Positions 38,182 through 49,024 of a stretch of 64,000 nucleotides of DNA are shown piece after piece. The stretch's first letter is position 1. Each line of letters starts with the position of its first letter. This DNA comes from Podarcis gaigeae (Eukaryota). Under the pieces are notes generated by a model, which ran no database searches, had not been told where the DNA came from, and worked only from the letters and a program-made list of their open reading frames with translations. The position numbers were made by a program, and so were the translations under genes. The stretch is taken from assembly GCA_964106915.2 (NCBI GenBank), contig OZ066922.1, one strand, 5' to 3'.

Positions 38182-40826
38182 GCTCACTATATCTGGTTAA
38201 GACAGTGACATACCAGGAAAAGAATCCAGTTATTCGACTCCATGTAGAAGCCAGTGACAGTGGGAATCCTGCTTTGACTGCTGTTGCTTCAGTGCTCATA
38301 CAGATCCAGGATGTGAATAATTACATCCCTCAATTTACTGTGCCATCGTATAATCTCAGTATCAGTGAAAATGTCTCTGTTGGAGAGATGCTGCTAACAT
38401 TCTCAGCTATTGACAATGACAGGACACATGACAGCACCTATGTTGAATATTCCATTATTGGTGGTAATGGTGGTAATAAGTTCCAGGTGGAAAAATGCAT
38501 CGTTGGGCCAGAATCTCCAAGTAAACTGACTGGAAATCTTGTGTTGAGGAGCATTCTAGATCGCGAGAGCAGTTCATCTTACCAGTTGTTAATTCTTGTA
38601 TCTGACCGTGGGACTCCTCCTTTAAACGCCACAGCTACAGTGTCAATCACTGTTTTGGATATTAATGATAACCCACCTATATTTACCAGTTTGGAGTATA
38701 AAGTTCATGTCAGGGAAAATTTCCCTGTAGGCAGTCATGTTACTGCTGTCTCAGCTAGTGATTGCGATGCTGGACCTAATGGAGACATCACGTACAGTAT
38801 CACCTCTGGAAACGACAAGGGGCACTTCCGTTTAGATGGGAAAACCGGCTCCCTTGACCTCGTCAGAGCTTTGGATTATGAAGAAACAATGAATTTCAGT
38901 CTGACCATTCAAGCTTCTGATGGAGGAGTTGGCATAAAAAATGTGGCCTTTGCTGTAGTTTTTATCAGCATCCTTGATGCTAACGATTACGTCCCAATAT
39001 TTGTATTTCCCACCCAGGACTGCAGAATCCATGAAAATCTGCCTGCTTTTTCTTTTGTCTGCAGAATTTCTGCACTGGATTTTGATACCGGCCCCTACGG
39101 TCACCTTTCGTATTCCATCCTGTCATCATGTTTGTCTGGTCATGGAACTCCTGGAGATCATGACATGTTTTTCATAGATCCTCTGACAGGAGAGATCCGC
39201 ACCAAGCAGGTGCTTGATTTTGAAGACCAGGACAAGTATTGCTTCATAGCTCAGGCCAAAGACAGAAGCGACTCAACAGCCACTATCACTGTTCAAGTGG
39301 AGGTCGAGGGGGCAGATGAATTTGACCCTGTCTTTAACCAAGACCAATATTTTTTTGATTTCCCTGAAAGGAATGAAGCAGGGCAGTTGATTGGCAAAGT
39401 CACAGCATCAGATTATGATGGAGGCTTGGATGGTGTTGTTCACTACACTTTGCTAAAACAGTCGCCCTTCTTTTCTGTGAACCACAGCAGTGGGGCCCTC
39501 TACTTGACCAGACCTTTCCACAGGAAGAGAATTGGCATGAAGAGAGCAGGCGATACTCTTGAACTGCTTATAAAAGCTCATAGCCCAAAGCTGGACTCGA
39601 AGTCTAGCACGTGCACAATTCTGGTGAACGTCTCTAAAGCTCCAGAGACTTATTCCATGTTGCCGGTGGAAACAGTGTCCATTAGCATCGCCGCTTCTAC
39701 TGTAGCATTCCTGTTTCTGGCCATCAGTCTTGCTGTGCTTATTGTTAGATTCAGGCGAAAAGACACTGCAAACTCCAGCATGAAGAAAGAGATGCCATGT
39801 CCCTCATCTGCTGATTTGAAATTAGACCATGAGAATAGTGCTCCTAAAGACGTCCGGAAATCCCAAATCCATGCAACCGGTAACCTTCCAGTAGGCACCA
39901 TAGCGGAGTGGCTAAGTTTGGTAGGCATCAGAGAGAGAAGGGACATGGGCAACCATTGTAGGCATTCAGACTCCAGCGGACATGGCTCTGCAGAAGGAGA
40001 AACTGCAGAAGATGAGGAAATAAAGAGGATCAATGAGCATCCCTGCAGGAAGGGTTCCGGATCAGCTTTAAGTGACCGAGGCTCACGTATACCCGACTCA
40101 GGAATTCCTAGAGACTCTGACCAGCTTTCGTGTCAGTCTGAGGAGACTGATGTCGTGGCCATTTCTCAAAGCATAGAGGCTGCCCACCCTTTCCAAGATG
40201 GAAGTGGAGGAGAGGGAAGAGAATGTGATGCAAAGTATGCTTGCAATAAAACGCTGTCCGAAACACTTCACAACCTGGGGATGAAGGAAAAAGACATCAT
40301 GACAGACATCACAAGAGAATATATCTTCATACCTGATGATCAGAACTCCCATTATGGATCTCTTGCTACCCTAGTTGACTCTGATGAGGATCTCAGAGGC
40401 AGCTATAACTGGGATTACTTTCTTAATTGGGAACCCAGATTTAAGCCTCTCGCATCCGTGTTCAGTGATATTGCAGAACTGGAGGATGAAAGCTTAAAAA
40501 TGCATAGCTTTCCTAAGGAGAAGAAATCTTTCATCTTTCCTCCTCCTCTAATTACTTCTGTAGCTCAGCCTGGTTTAAAGACAGTCCCCCCGCGAATTCC
40601 AAATCTGTTGCCTGGTCAGGCATTTAAGAAATACCCCCGCTCACCCCTCATCCATCATCTGAGGTATCCTCCATCTGCTATGACTCCCAGTTTTTCACCT
40701 TCTCTGTCTCTGCTTACCACGCAGACCCCTACAGCATCTCCAGTGGCCTCCCATCCTAACCTGAAGGGGATATGCCCTGGTGGGGCAAAGTGTGAACTTT
40801 CAGCAGATGAAGAAGTTCAAGTATAG
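38182..40826 (+). CDS. DCHS2: DCHS2 terminal coding exon: last cadherin repeats, transmembrane helix, cytoplasmic tail
   Basis: ttttag|GC acceptor; TM ISIAASTVAFLFLAISLAVLIV then RFRRK; Dachsous motifs SSGHGSAEGETAEDEEIKRINE and GSYNWDYFLNWEPRFKPLASVFSDIA; C-terminus EEVQV* fits DCHS2 rather than DCHS1 (…TELHI). Confidence 0.95.
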
Positions 40827-42480
40827 ATTATTTATCATTGACTTAAAGTGTTACATAAACGTTTGGCTAAATGTTTTTGCCATATTCCTTAACGAGCATT
40901 GCATGTCATGTCTATATCTGTAAGAGGGAGAAAAAATATTTTTTACACGTTAAACATTTTACCTGCCTAATTAATTCACTGCAGGATGTACTCCAGATCT
41001 GTTAGGGACTTCCTTGATAATTCATTATGAACTTACCTACGTTAGCTGTTTGTGTTCTGTATGTTCTAGACATCTAGGGGGAAATCACTGGTGGAACAGA
41101 ACTTTCACGCAATGCTTACTCTTAAACTCAGGTGAATAGTTGAGGATGTGTAGAACTTGCTGGATGTCCATGCAGCATACAGAGTTGCTATTTTAGCTGG
41201 TCTAACATGTGCTCTGGTGCTGCTAGTAAGGCACAACAGGCATTGCCATTTTTGTCCCTTCCCCCAAACTACTCTTGATACCTGAGCCAAGCACACTTCA
41301 GCTGCAGTAAAGAAAAGAAAAAAGTTGGTGCTACATAATATTCAGTGCATGTAGAAGTATATTTACAGACACGCACACATTTCGGAGTGTGCATATTTGT
41401 TGTATCAAATCAGCATATAGTTACCAATATTTTTACAGCTTTCTTTTGCTTCAGTATATAAGTAAATGTTTTTGCACCTTCATTTACATTACCTCGAATG
41501 AAACCAGGATCAGTTAGAATTGGCCTTTTGTGAATACGAAAAGGCCCTACAAAGGTTTGGTTCCCCGCCCCCAGTCTCATCTAGAACAAGCAATGGATAA
41601 AATGCTTGCTAGACTGACCCTCTGGGCTCACATTTAATGATTGCTTATTCTGAATGAATGTGCTCAAGGTTCAAAATATCTTGATCCTCTTTACTTCTGT
41701 GTAGAAGTGACACCACTAAAAGCTGGAGGAATAAAAAAGCGGAATTAACATTGTTTCCAGATAACACTGGAAGTAAAGGGTAGAATCACAGAGATTCAGA
41801 ATGGCAAAACAAATCAAAGATACATTCCTAGTGGATGTAGAATGACTACTGCATCTGGTATTTTTGCCTTTGATTTCAGTGAATCTCCAATGCAGTTTAC
41901 ACTGAGATTGTCTGAAAGAAGTATTCGGTGTCGCTGGAGTGCCTTCTTTCAGGCCCCTGACCTGTGCAATTCTACATTCCCTTGGACCTCTTTGAAAAGT
42001 GACAGAGTGACATTTATCTGATATCTGAGTGCAGCCAGGACTTTCTGGCTTTTAGGGATACACTGCCTTGTACTCATGGTTCTTTGCTTTCCATACCCAC
42101 AGTGGGATCCATCTACTTGTGTGGTTTATTGGATTATAGCCAGGACCTTTTGCTCTAACTTCTGACTTTCTATAGGAAGCCTGAAAGCTTATCAAGATCT
42201 GCCACACTAGTTCCCTCACATAGCAGAGTTGTTTTCCCATGATATGAAAGCATACCAAACAAAAGAAAGGAAATGGGCGATGTTAATTTATGAATTCTGT
42301 ATTTGCAAAATACATACATGTATATAACAAAGTATAACCAAAAATGTAAAGTCACGGCAGTGACTTGTATAATTGCATAACTAAATAATGTAACAGTATT
42401 TTAAATATAATTTTTATATTTTTTCTACTGTGAAAACTTAGTTTTTATTTTTCTTGGTTTTAATGTACAAAAGATACTAA
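40827..42480 (+). other. DCHS2: probable DCHS2 3' UTR (end uncertain)
   Basis: repeat-poor AU-rich sequence after the stop; AATAAA near 41730, TGTATATA (Pumilio-type) at 42319-42326; cleavage site not determinable. Confidence 0.5.
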
Positions 42481-42861
42481 ACTGTAAGGATGTCCAGGGC
42501 TTTGGATTTCTGGGCATTTCCTGACCCAGCCCTACTAAAGGAAGCAGTTGAGGAAGAAGACTGTGGTAAGAAAGGAAGATGGTCCTGAATTCTCCTGATT
42601 GGAAACTGATTTTAGAGAATTGACACATTTTGCATTTCTAAGCAGGGCCTGGTTCCAGTCGCAGCTTTATTATTTAGCGATTTGATTTCTAGAGACATGT
42701 TCTAACCACCACCACCACCCCCAAAAAAGAGAAGGGGAAGGAAACCTACATGGATTTATTTATTTTTTAAAATGCAACCATTTTATAGATGCCTGATGCA
42801 TTTTGATCATTTCTTCTAGTCCTCATTACTTCAAAGGCTTGCTGAAGACCTTTTCATTTTA

Positions 42862-44029
42862 TTTTTTATTTTTTAATATTTTTAATTAATTTTTCATTAA
42901 TAACAATCCAATGGAGGTCACATTAATACAACACCAAATCAAACCAAATCATAATACAATCAAAAGAGCCAATTAATCGGTTCCAAATTCAACATTTTTG
43001 GATGACTTCCCGTATCAGGAGTTGATGTTATTCCTTGGTCCTTAATTATGTAGTCCAAATACAACAATTCCTCTCTTGATCCTTTATTTTAACAGCCCCT
43101 GGTGTGATGACTTTCGTTTGTATTTAGCAAATCCATATCCATTAACTTGCAAAGGGAATTTATTTCTTGTAGTTTTCTGTGTGAAATATTTGTTTACATT
43201 CTTCTTTTCCTTCATGTTGAAATCGATCAATCCTCTTCAACATCGCCCCTCTCTTGAGGACTTAATTCTCATTACGCCACAGCTTCCATTTTGCCTTTCC
43301 TATACCAAAAGTTTTCCAGCATCCGGCCGTGGCTCCTGGCTTACTTCCAGCATTTATCTCCTTTAGTCCTTTCCAATCTATTAACAAGCTGGTGTCTCGC
43401 CAAAATCGTAAATAAATCAGAGCCCTCTTTAGTAGGCAATGTCACAAATCATCACAGTATTTCACACATTCTATTCTTTCCAGTACTCCGTAAAGAAAAT
43501 TATAGTTCTTGTTGAATCCCTCTTGCATTCTATATATAGTTGTAATTCATTAGTAATTTTATTCCATTAGTAATTAATTAATTAATTAATTCTTCAGTGA
43601 AGGTTTGCCAAATCATAGCAAAGCAAATATAATGTAAACAGAGAACAAAGGCTTCCCCTTCACTTACATAGCAATCCAATTACTACAAGAGTCCACTCCA
43701 GATCAAAACCTTGGCACTAAGTGTCCAATTCATTTAGCAGGTTATCTTTCTCTTTCAGAGCATGCCTGCTTCTTAAGTCCAAATTCAGATCCATCTTAAA
43801 AGAAACAGAAGTTGGGGGTTTCCAATACATGCAGTGCTGTGCCCTCTGCATCCCTGCCCCTGCATTCCATCGGACGATCTGCTAGTGAAAGCTCTCTCTC
43901 CACCCCCCAACCCGGGGGGGGGGGGGCTTGCAAGGATAATTACTCCCAGATTATCCTTAATTAACTGCACGGCTGGCATCTGCTATCATGGGATCTGCAG
44001 TTTGCCATGGTGGCAGTGCCGGGTGTCCT
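42862..44029 (-). mobile_element. 1.17-kb retroposed insert (L1-type integration), no intact ORF
   Basis: 17-bp TSD aagaccttttcatttta at 42845-42861 and 44030-44046; T-rich tail on the left, GC-rich head on the right. Confidence 0.82.
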
Positions 44030-47012
44030 AAGACCTTTTCATTTTAGCAGTCATTTTCAGTAAGGTCCTCTGATTTTTATGGTTATTTTCAGCATATATA
44101 TATTTATTTTTTAAAAATCTTTTGTTACTTGATAGTACACTGCTTAGAGACTGCACAGCTGTTCAGCTGTACGTACATTGTTGAAATAAATAATAAAATA
44201 AAATAAACCTTGCATCTGCAAACAGTCAGTGGTGACAAGTGCTAGAAACTCACTAGACACCTAAGATGTTGTTGGAACTTTTAAATGAACAAATCTTATC
44301 CCGGCACCTTGGGTTTTGCACCTCTCTTTTCCACTATCATCATCTCCCTTTCTGCATTCTGAATACCATTGTGGATGCACAGCGATCTGTCCCCGAGATC
44401 TTCTCTATCGTGTGAACACATGAGGATGAAACCAGAAACAAACCAGTTCTTGTATACAGAAGATGTCAGTAGAACATCGTATGCCATTGTCATATCCAGG
44501 CACGTTTGTCAGGAATCAGTGAGTGATTTCACCCATGCTCTTTTTGTTTCCCAGAATTACCATGCTGTGATCATCAAAAATCTGATTTATAGAATAGGGT
44601 GGAAAACTGATATGACAAGGCTAAAGGTTCGTTGTTCTCCCTTTCAGGTAGATGTTCTAGATTAGTATTTGCAGGTGATAGTACACTAAACAATGGACTT
44701 ATCCAGTCATCTTCATCACAAAATGGCCATTTTCTGTATCGGCCAACAAGGCCATTGGTGCCCCTTGCAGTCTGCCTCCTGACTTTGAATCTAGTTGTCA
44801 TTATTGCATTCCTTTTTGAAAAAATTAGCTGTAAGCCGATTCCCCCCCCCCCCTTTTTAGCAAATATATGCCACACTCTGCATGGGATAATCAGACTTAA
44901 GAAACTTTGTTCCGTCAAGGTTTTTTTTTATTTCATTTTTCTTTTTAATATATATATTTACTAATTCTGTGTCCAAAACTGTGAACTACATTAAGCAGAT
45001 GTATTTCTGTCTCATGTGTGGCTGGACTGAAAAATGTGAATATACAAGGAAAGAGTCTGCAGTAAATCATATGTCAGCTCTTTTCACCTCACTTTTTTAT
45101 TCTCTGTGTAAACAATGTAATTTGTTTAAGTTATTGTGAGTTTAGTTTTCACTTGCCTGAAAAAGTCTATTGTCTGATCAGTGGAGGGAGAGAGAAAAGA
45201 TCAGTATATACTAGTGATGGAGGAGCAGGATTTGTTAGTGGAAAAATATATTAAGCCCAAAGTGCAAAAACTATAAAATAAGATGGTTTGCTGGGGGTTT
45301 GGCGGGTTGCCACTCTGAATTGACTTGCTTAACAGCCAGTGAATTACAGTTGTGTAATTCAGGGCCAAATGAATAGAAAATGTGATCTATTGGTCATAAT
45401 ATTTTTTTTGCACAAAGAAAAACATCGCTGATCTAGAGAAAGTTGGTTATGTCTAAGGCCGTGAAGTGAGCCTGTGATATGCCAAACTTTAATTCATAGT
45501 TAGCCTATGTAGGCTTGTGCTGCACATTTCGTTAATTCCTAAAGGACATAGGTAGGGTAAACCTTTTCTAGAGCACTGCCAATAACCACAGGGATTTCCC
45601 TATATATAGCCTATATAGGATAAATTATAATCCTAAATAAGTTGTGTTCTGCTTCAAATAAAGAACTTAGCTGCATTTATTGCATTTCAGATTTAAATGC
45701 ACTGTCATTTCCAAAGAGTTGCTTGCAGCATAATGTACATGTGGCACTTAGAGATTCAGTAATTTATTGCAGCAAAGGCTTTTGTGGGCCAGAACCCACT
45801 TCATCCGATGTGCAAATTGGTTTCCAAACTGAATGAGTATTTCACAGTGCTCTGCTTAGTACAGTGGCATACATACAGCTTTTCTTTTATTTATTTTACA
45901 TTGCTTATCCTTTTGGCCTCAATTAAAAATACACATTTTTCATTTTCTTCTTTCTAATATATTAACCTATTTCAAGTGATATTTTATGCATCTAATACAG
46001 TACATGAGCTCTGCCTCACAAAAATATACACCATAAAAATAAATCTGTTGGGTGGTGTTTCAACTAAATTTTACTCAGAGTGGGGCCATTGAAATTAATG
46101 GACCTGACTTAGTCATTAATTTTAATGCATCTACTGTGAGCAAAACTTAGTTGAATTTCACCTGTTAAGTATACGATAGGAAAACAAGAAGGCTTCAGAC
46201 CCATTCTTGACACATGAATTGTTAGCAGCATTTTGTGCTGGTTTTACACCAAGTGCCAACCCTCTAAGTGATGGCTGTAGAATCAACTGCTAGTGCAATA
46301 GCCACTCACTGATTACTTATTCCTGTGCATATTTTATTGACCATAAACATTTACGTTTTGTTTGGTAAGGGTTTGTTTAGTAAGTTCATGTGCTGCGAAA
46401 CATGAGTGCATTGCATCCTTCTTCTCCCCTTTCAAAAGTTTGAGTAACAGAATGTTCATAGTAATTATCTCTTCCCTTGTCAGAATGCTCTGAACCAGGC
46501 TGGGCTTCCTTACTCTAGGTTTAGGGGGTTCTGCCTGTTCAGAGTAAAGAATCTGTCTTTTGTTTTGAGGAAATGTCTTCACTGATTTATTTTTTTTAAG
46601 TAATATAGAAAAATACGTTTTACATAAACTTTCTTAAACCTAACCTTGCTGCATCTTTAAAGGCTAAATGGCCACATTTCTCCAGAATCTTCTCTCAAAG
46701 AAACTTGAAGATTGATTCAAATCAAAGAACAGAACAGTGTTGTGGCTTGAACCAACCCTGCCAGGACAAACAGGCTGCAGGAGGACTTGGATTCAGCCCA
46801 TACGCAGCACCTGGAAGAAACAGAGTACCAGTGATGTAATTGGCAACACTGAAATGATTTCCTTCAGTGTAGTGGATATAAAACAGCAGGGAATGTGTTT
46901 CAGAAGAAGAGACATCAAGAACCTGGAATCTAACACAGAAAAATGTGAGTGTGTGTGCACATTTGTATGCCAAGATTGGAGTGGATTTCCCTATGATTTA
47001 GCAAGAATCTCT

Positions 47013-47798
47013 TGCAGGACAAGGCATCAGACTTCCCATACCCTAACCCATATAAATAAGAGACCAATCAGACTGGGTTTTGGGTAAAAACAGGCCACAG
47101 CTTTATTGAATACAGATGAAAAAGGGCATGGGGCAATCTAAATACTTCCGGCCCACCTGCCAGAAGTGACGCAGGGGTTCCTAAAACTTAAACAAAATAG
47201 GGTGACCCCCGCAGGGGCAGTTGTCTGGGGGAGTGCCTTTGGCCCTGGGCCCCCTAGGCATGCAGACATGGCCACTCCCCCAGGATCCCTTTAATAGGAT
47301 ACCCCAGTGTTTGGAGGGGCAGGCGGGGGGCTACAACCTTCCTTCCATCAGAAACAAGGGATTGCTCCAATGCTCAACCAGTTGTGACAAATTGCTATTA
47401 GGTAGGCAGAGCCACCGGGCCAGTGCCAATTAGCCTGGTGGGGAAATTCTTACCTGGGCCCGTAAGAACGATGACCACCGTGGCCACAGCAAAGTCATTG
47501 CCTATCGGTGTAAACTGTGGGTGGGTGGGATGGTGGGAGGACCCAGCGCAGGAACACACAGGCCATGCCCCAGGTGTGGGCTGCTTAAATGAGCAGGGGG
47601 TGGATCTGAGGGAAGCCCACCATCTGCTCCATTGGCTCCGCCCTGGCTCCGCCCACGTCCCAGCCTGCATCCCCATTCACCAATGCAGGGTGCAAGCTAA
47701 GATCCAGCTCCTGATAGGCGGTGGGGGCATATGCCCCCTCCACCTATCAGGAAGGGCACTGCCCAGTGAAGCCTCTTCCATCCAGCAACGTTGCAGCA
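47013..47798 (-). mobile_element. GC-rich solo LTR-like element (ends approximate)
   Basis: on minus strand in order: two GGGCGGAG boxes, CCAAT, ATTTAAG, then AATAAA (47102-47107); TG...CA candidate ends; TSD not found. Confidence 0.6.
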
Positions 47799-48186
47799 CC
47801 AAGAGAGGTGAGCAGACTTGGTTCATTTTTCAATTGCAAGCAGACATTCAGAGGGAAAGAACTGTAGTTTCGATCTAATTTTTAATACACCAGAGTCCTT
47901 TAATATTTATGTCCCTGTTTACTATTGTAGTGATGGGGAACCCCTGACCCTCCAGATGTTGAACTACAGCTCCCATCATCCTTGACTATTGGCCAGGCTG
48001 GCTGGGGCTGATGGGAATCCAGCAACATTGGGAAGGCTGCAGGTTCCACATCGCTACACTCTCCAGGTCGCATCAGTGCCATATATTTTGAACACCCCTG
48101 TTAACAGTCATGGCTCCCCCAAAGAATAATGGGAAAGGTGGTTAAAAGTGTTGAGAGTTGTTAGAAGACTCCTTACAGAGCTACTA

Positions 48187-49024
48187 TAGTGGTACATCGG
48201 GTTAAGTACTTAATTCGTTCTGGAGGTCCGTTCTTTTTTTTATTATTAAAATTTTTTGATACAAATGCACAAATAATAAACACCATTACTTATATCAAAA
48301 CGTGATTTCATCACTTCTTTGGACTCCCTCACGTCTCCCGCTCCCACTTACATCGTTAAAAAGTTTTTCCAAGCAAATTATCAACTTGTTTACAATCTTA
48401 TATCCACTCATTTAAATACAATCTAGCAATTCTCCAAAAGGTTTGTGTTTTCTTTAATCTCACTTATCATCAAATTCAAATCTAATTTACTGGTGGCCGG
48501 TTATTTATAATCTAGCATCCTTCTTAACATTCAACCAAATTACAATGTTTTTGTAAATACGTCTTAAATTTCTTCCAGTCTTCCTCGATCCTCTCTTCTC
48601 CCAGGTCTCGGATTCTGCCAGTCATCTCGGCCAGTTGCATATAGTCCATCAGCTGCATCTGCCACTCTTCCAGTGTGGGTAGATCTTGCGTTTTCCAGTT
48701 CTTAGCGATGAGTATCCTTGCTGCCGTTGTTGCATACAGAAAAAATGTTCGGTCCTTCTTTAACACCTTCTGGCCGACAATACCCAGAAGGAAGGCCTCT
48801 GGTTTCTTAGTCGTTCTGGAGGTCCGTTCTTAACCTGAAATTGTTCTTAACCTGAAGCACCACTTTAACTAATGGAGCCTCCTGCCGCCGCTGCACCGCC
48901 ACTGCATGATATCTGTTCTCATCCTGAAGCAAAGTTCTTAACCTGAGGTACTATTTCTGGGTTAGAGGAGTCTGTAACCTGAAGCGTATGTAACCTGAAG
49001 TGTATGTAACCAGAGGTACCACTG
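48187..49024. mobile_element. Tc1/mariner (Tigger-like) MITE, interrupted by L1
   Basis: TA-flanked TIRs (t)agtggtacatcgggtta / taaccagaggtaccactg. Confidence 0.85.
48236..48810 (-). mobile_element. 5'-truncated L1 LINE
   Basis: ORF2 C-terminus FLYATTAARILIAKNWK...EEW...WKKFKTYL; poly-T tail; 21-bp TSD tcgttctggaggtccgttctt at 48215-48235 and 48811-48831. Confidence 0.92.

Noticed and set aside
38832-40352. Minus-strand ORFs of 84-127 aa overlapping the last DCHS2 exon (likewise 14461-14798, 20422-20625)
   Set aside because: Antisense shadows of real coding sequence with no independent signals.
38182-40826. Assignment to DCHS1 or a FAT cadherin
   Set aside because: No EGF/laminin-G domains before the TM excludes FAT; tail motifs and terminal EEVQV fit DCHS2.
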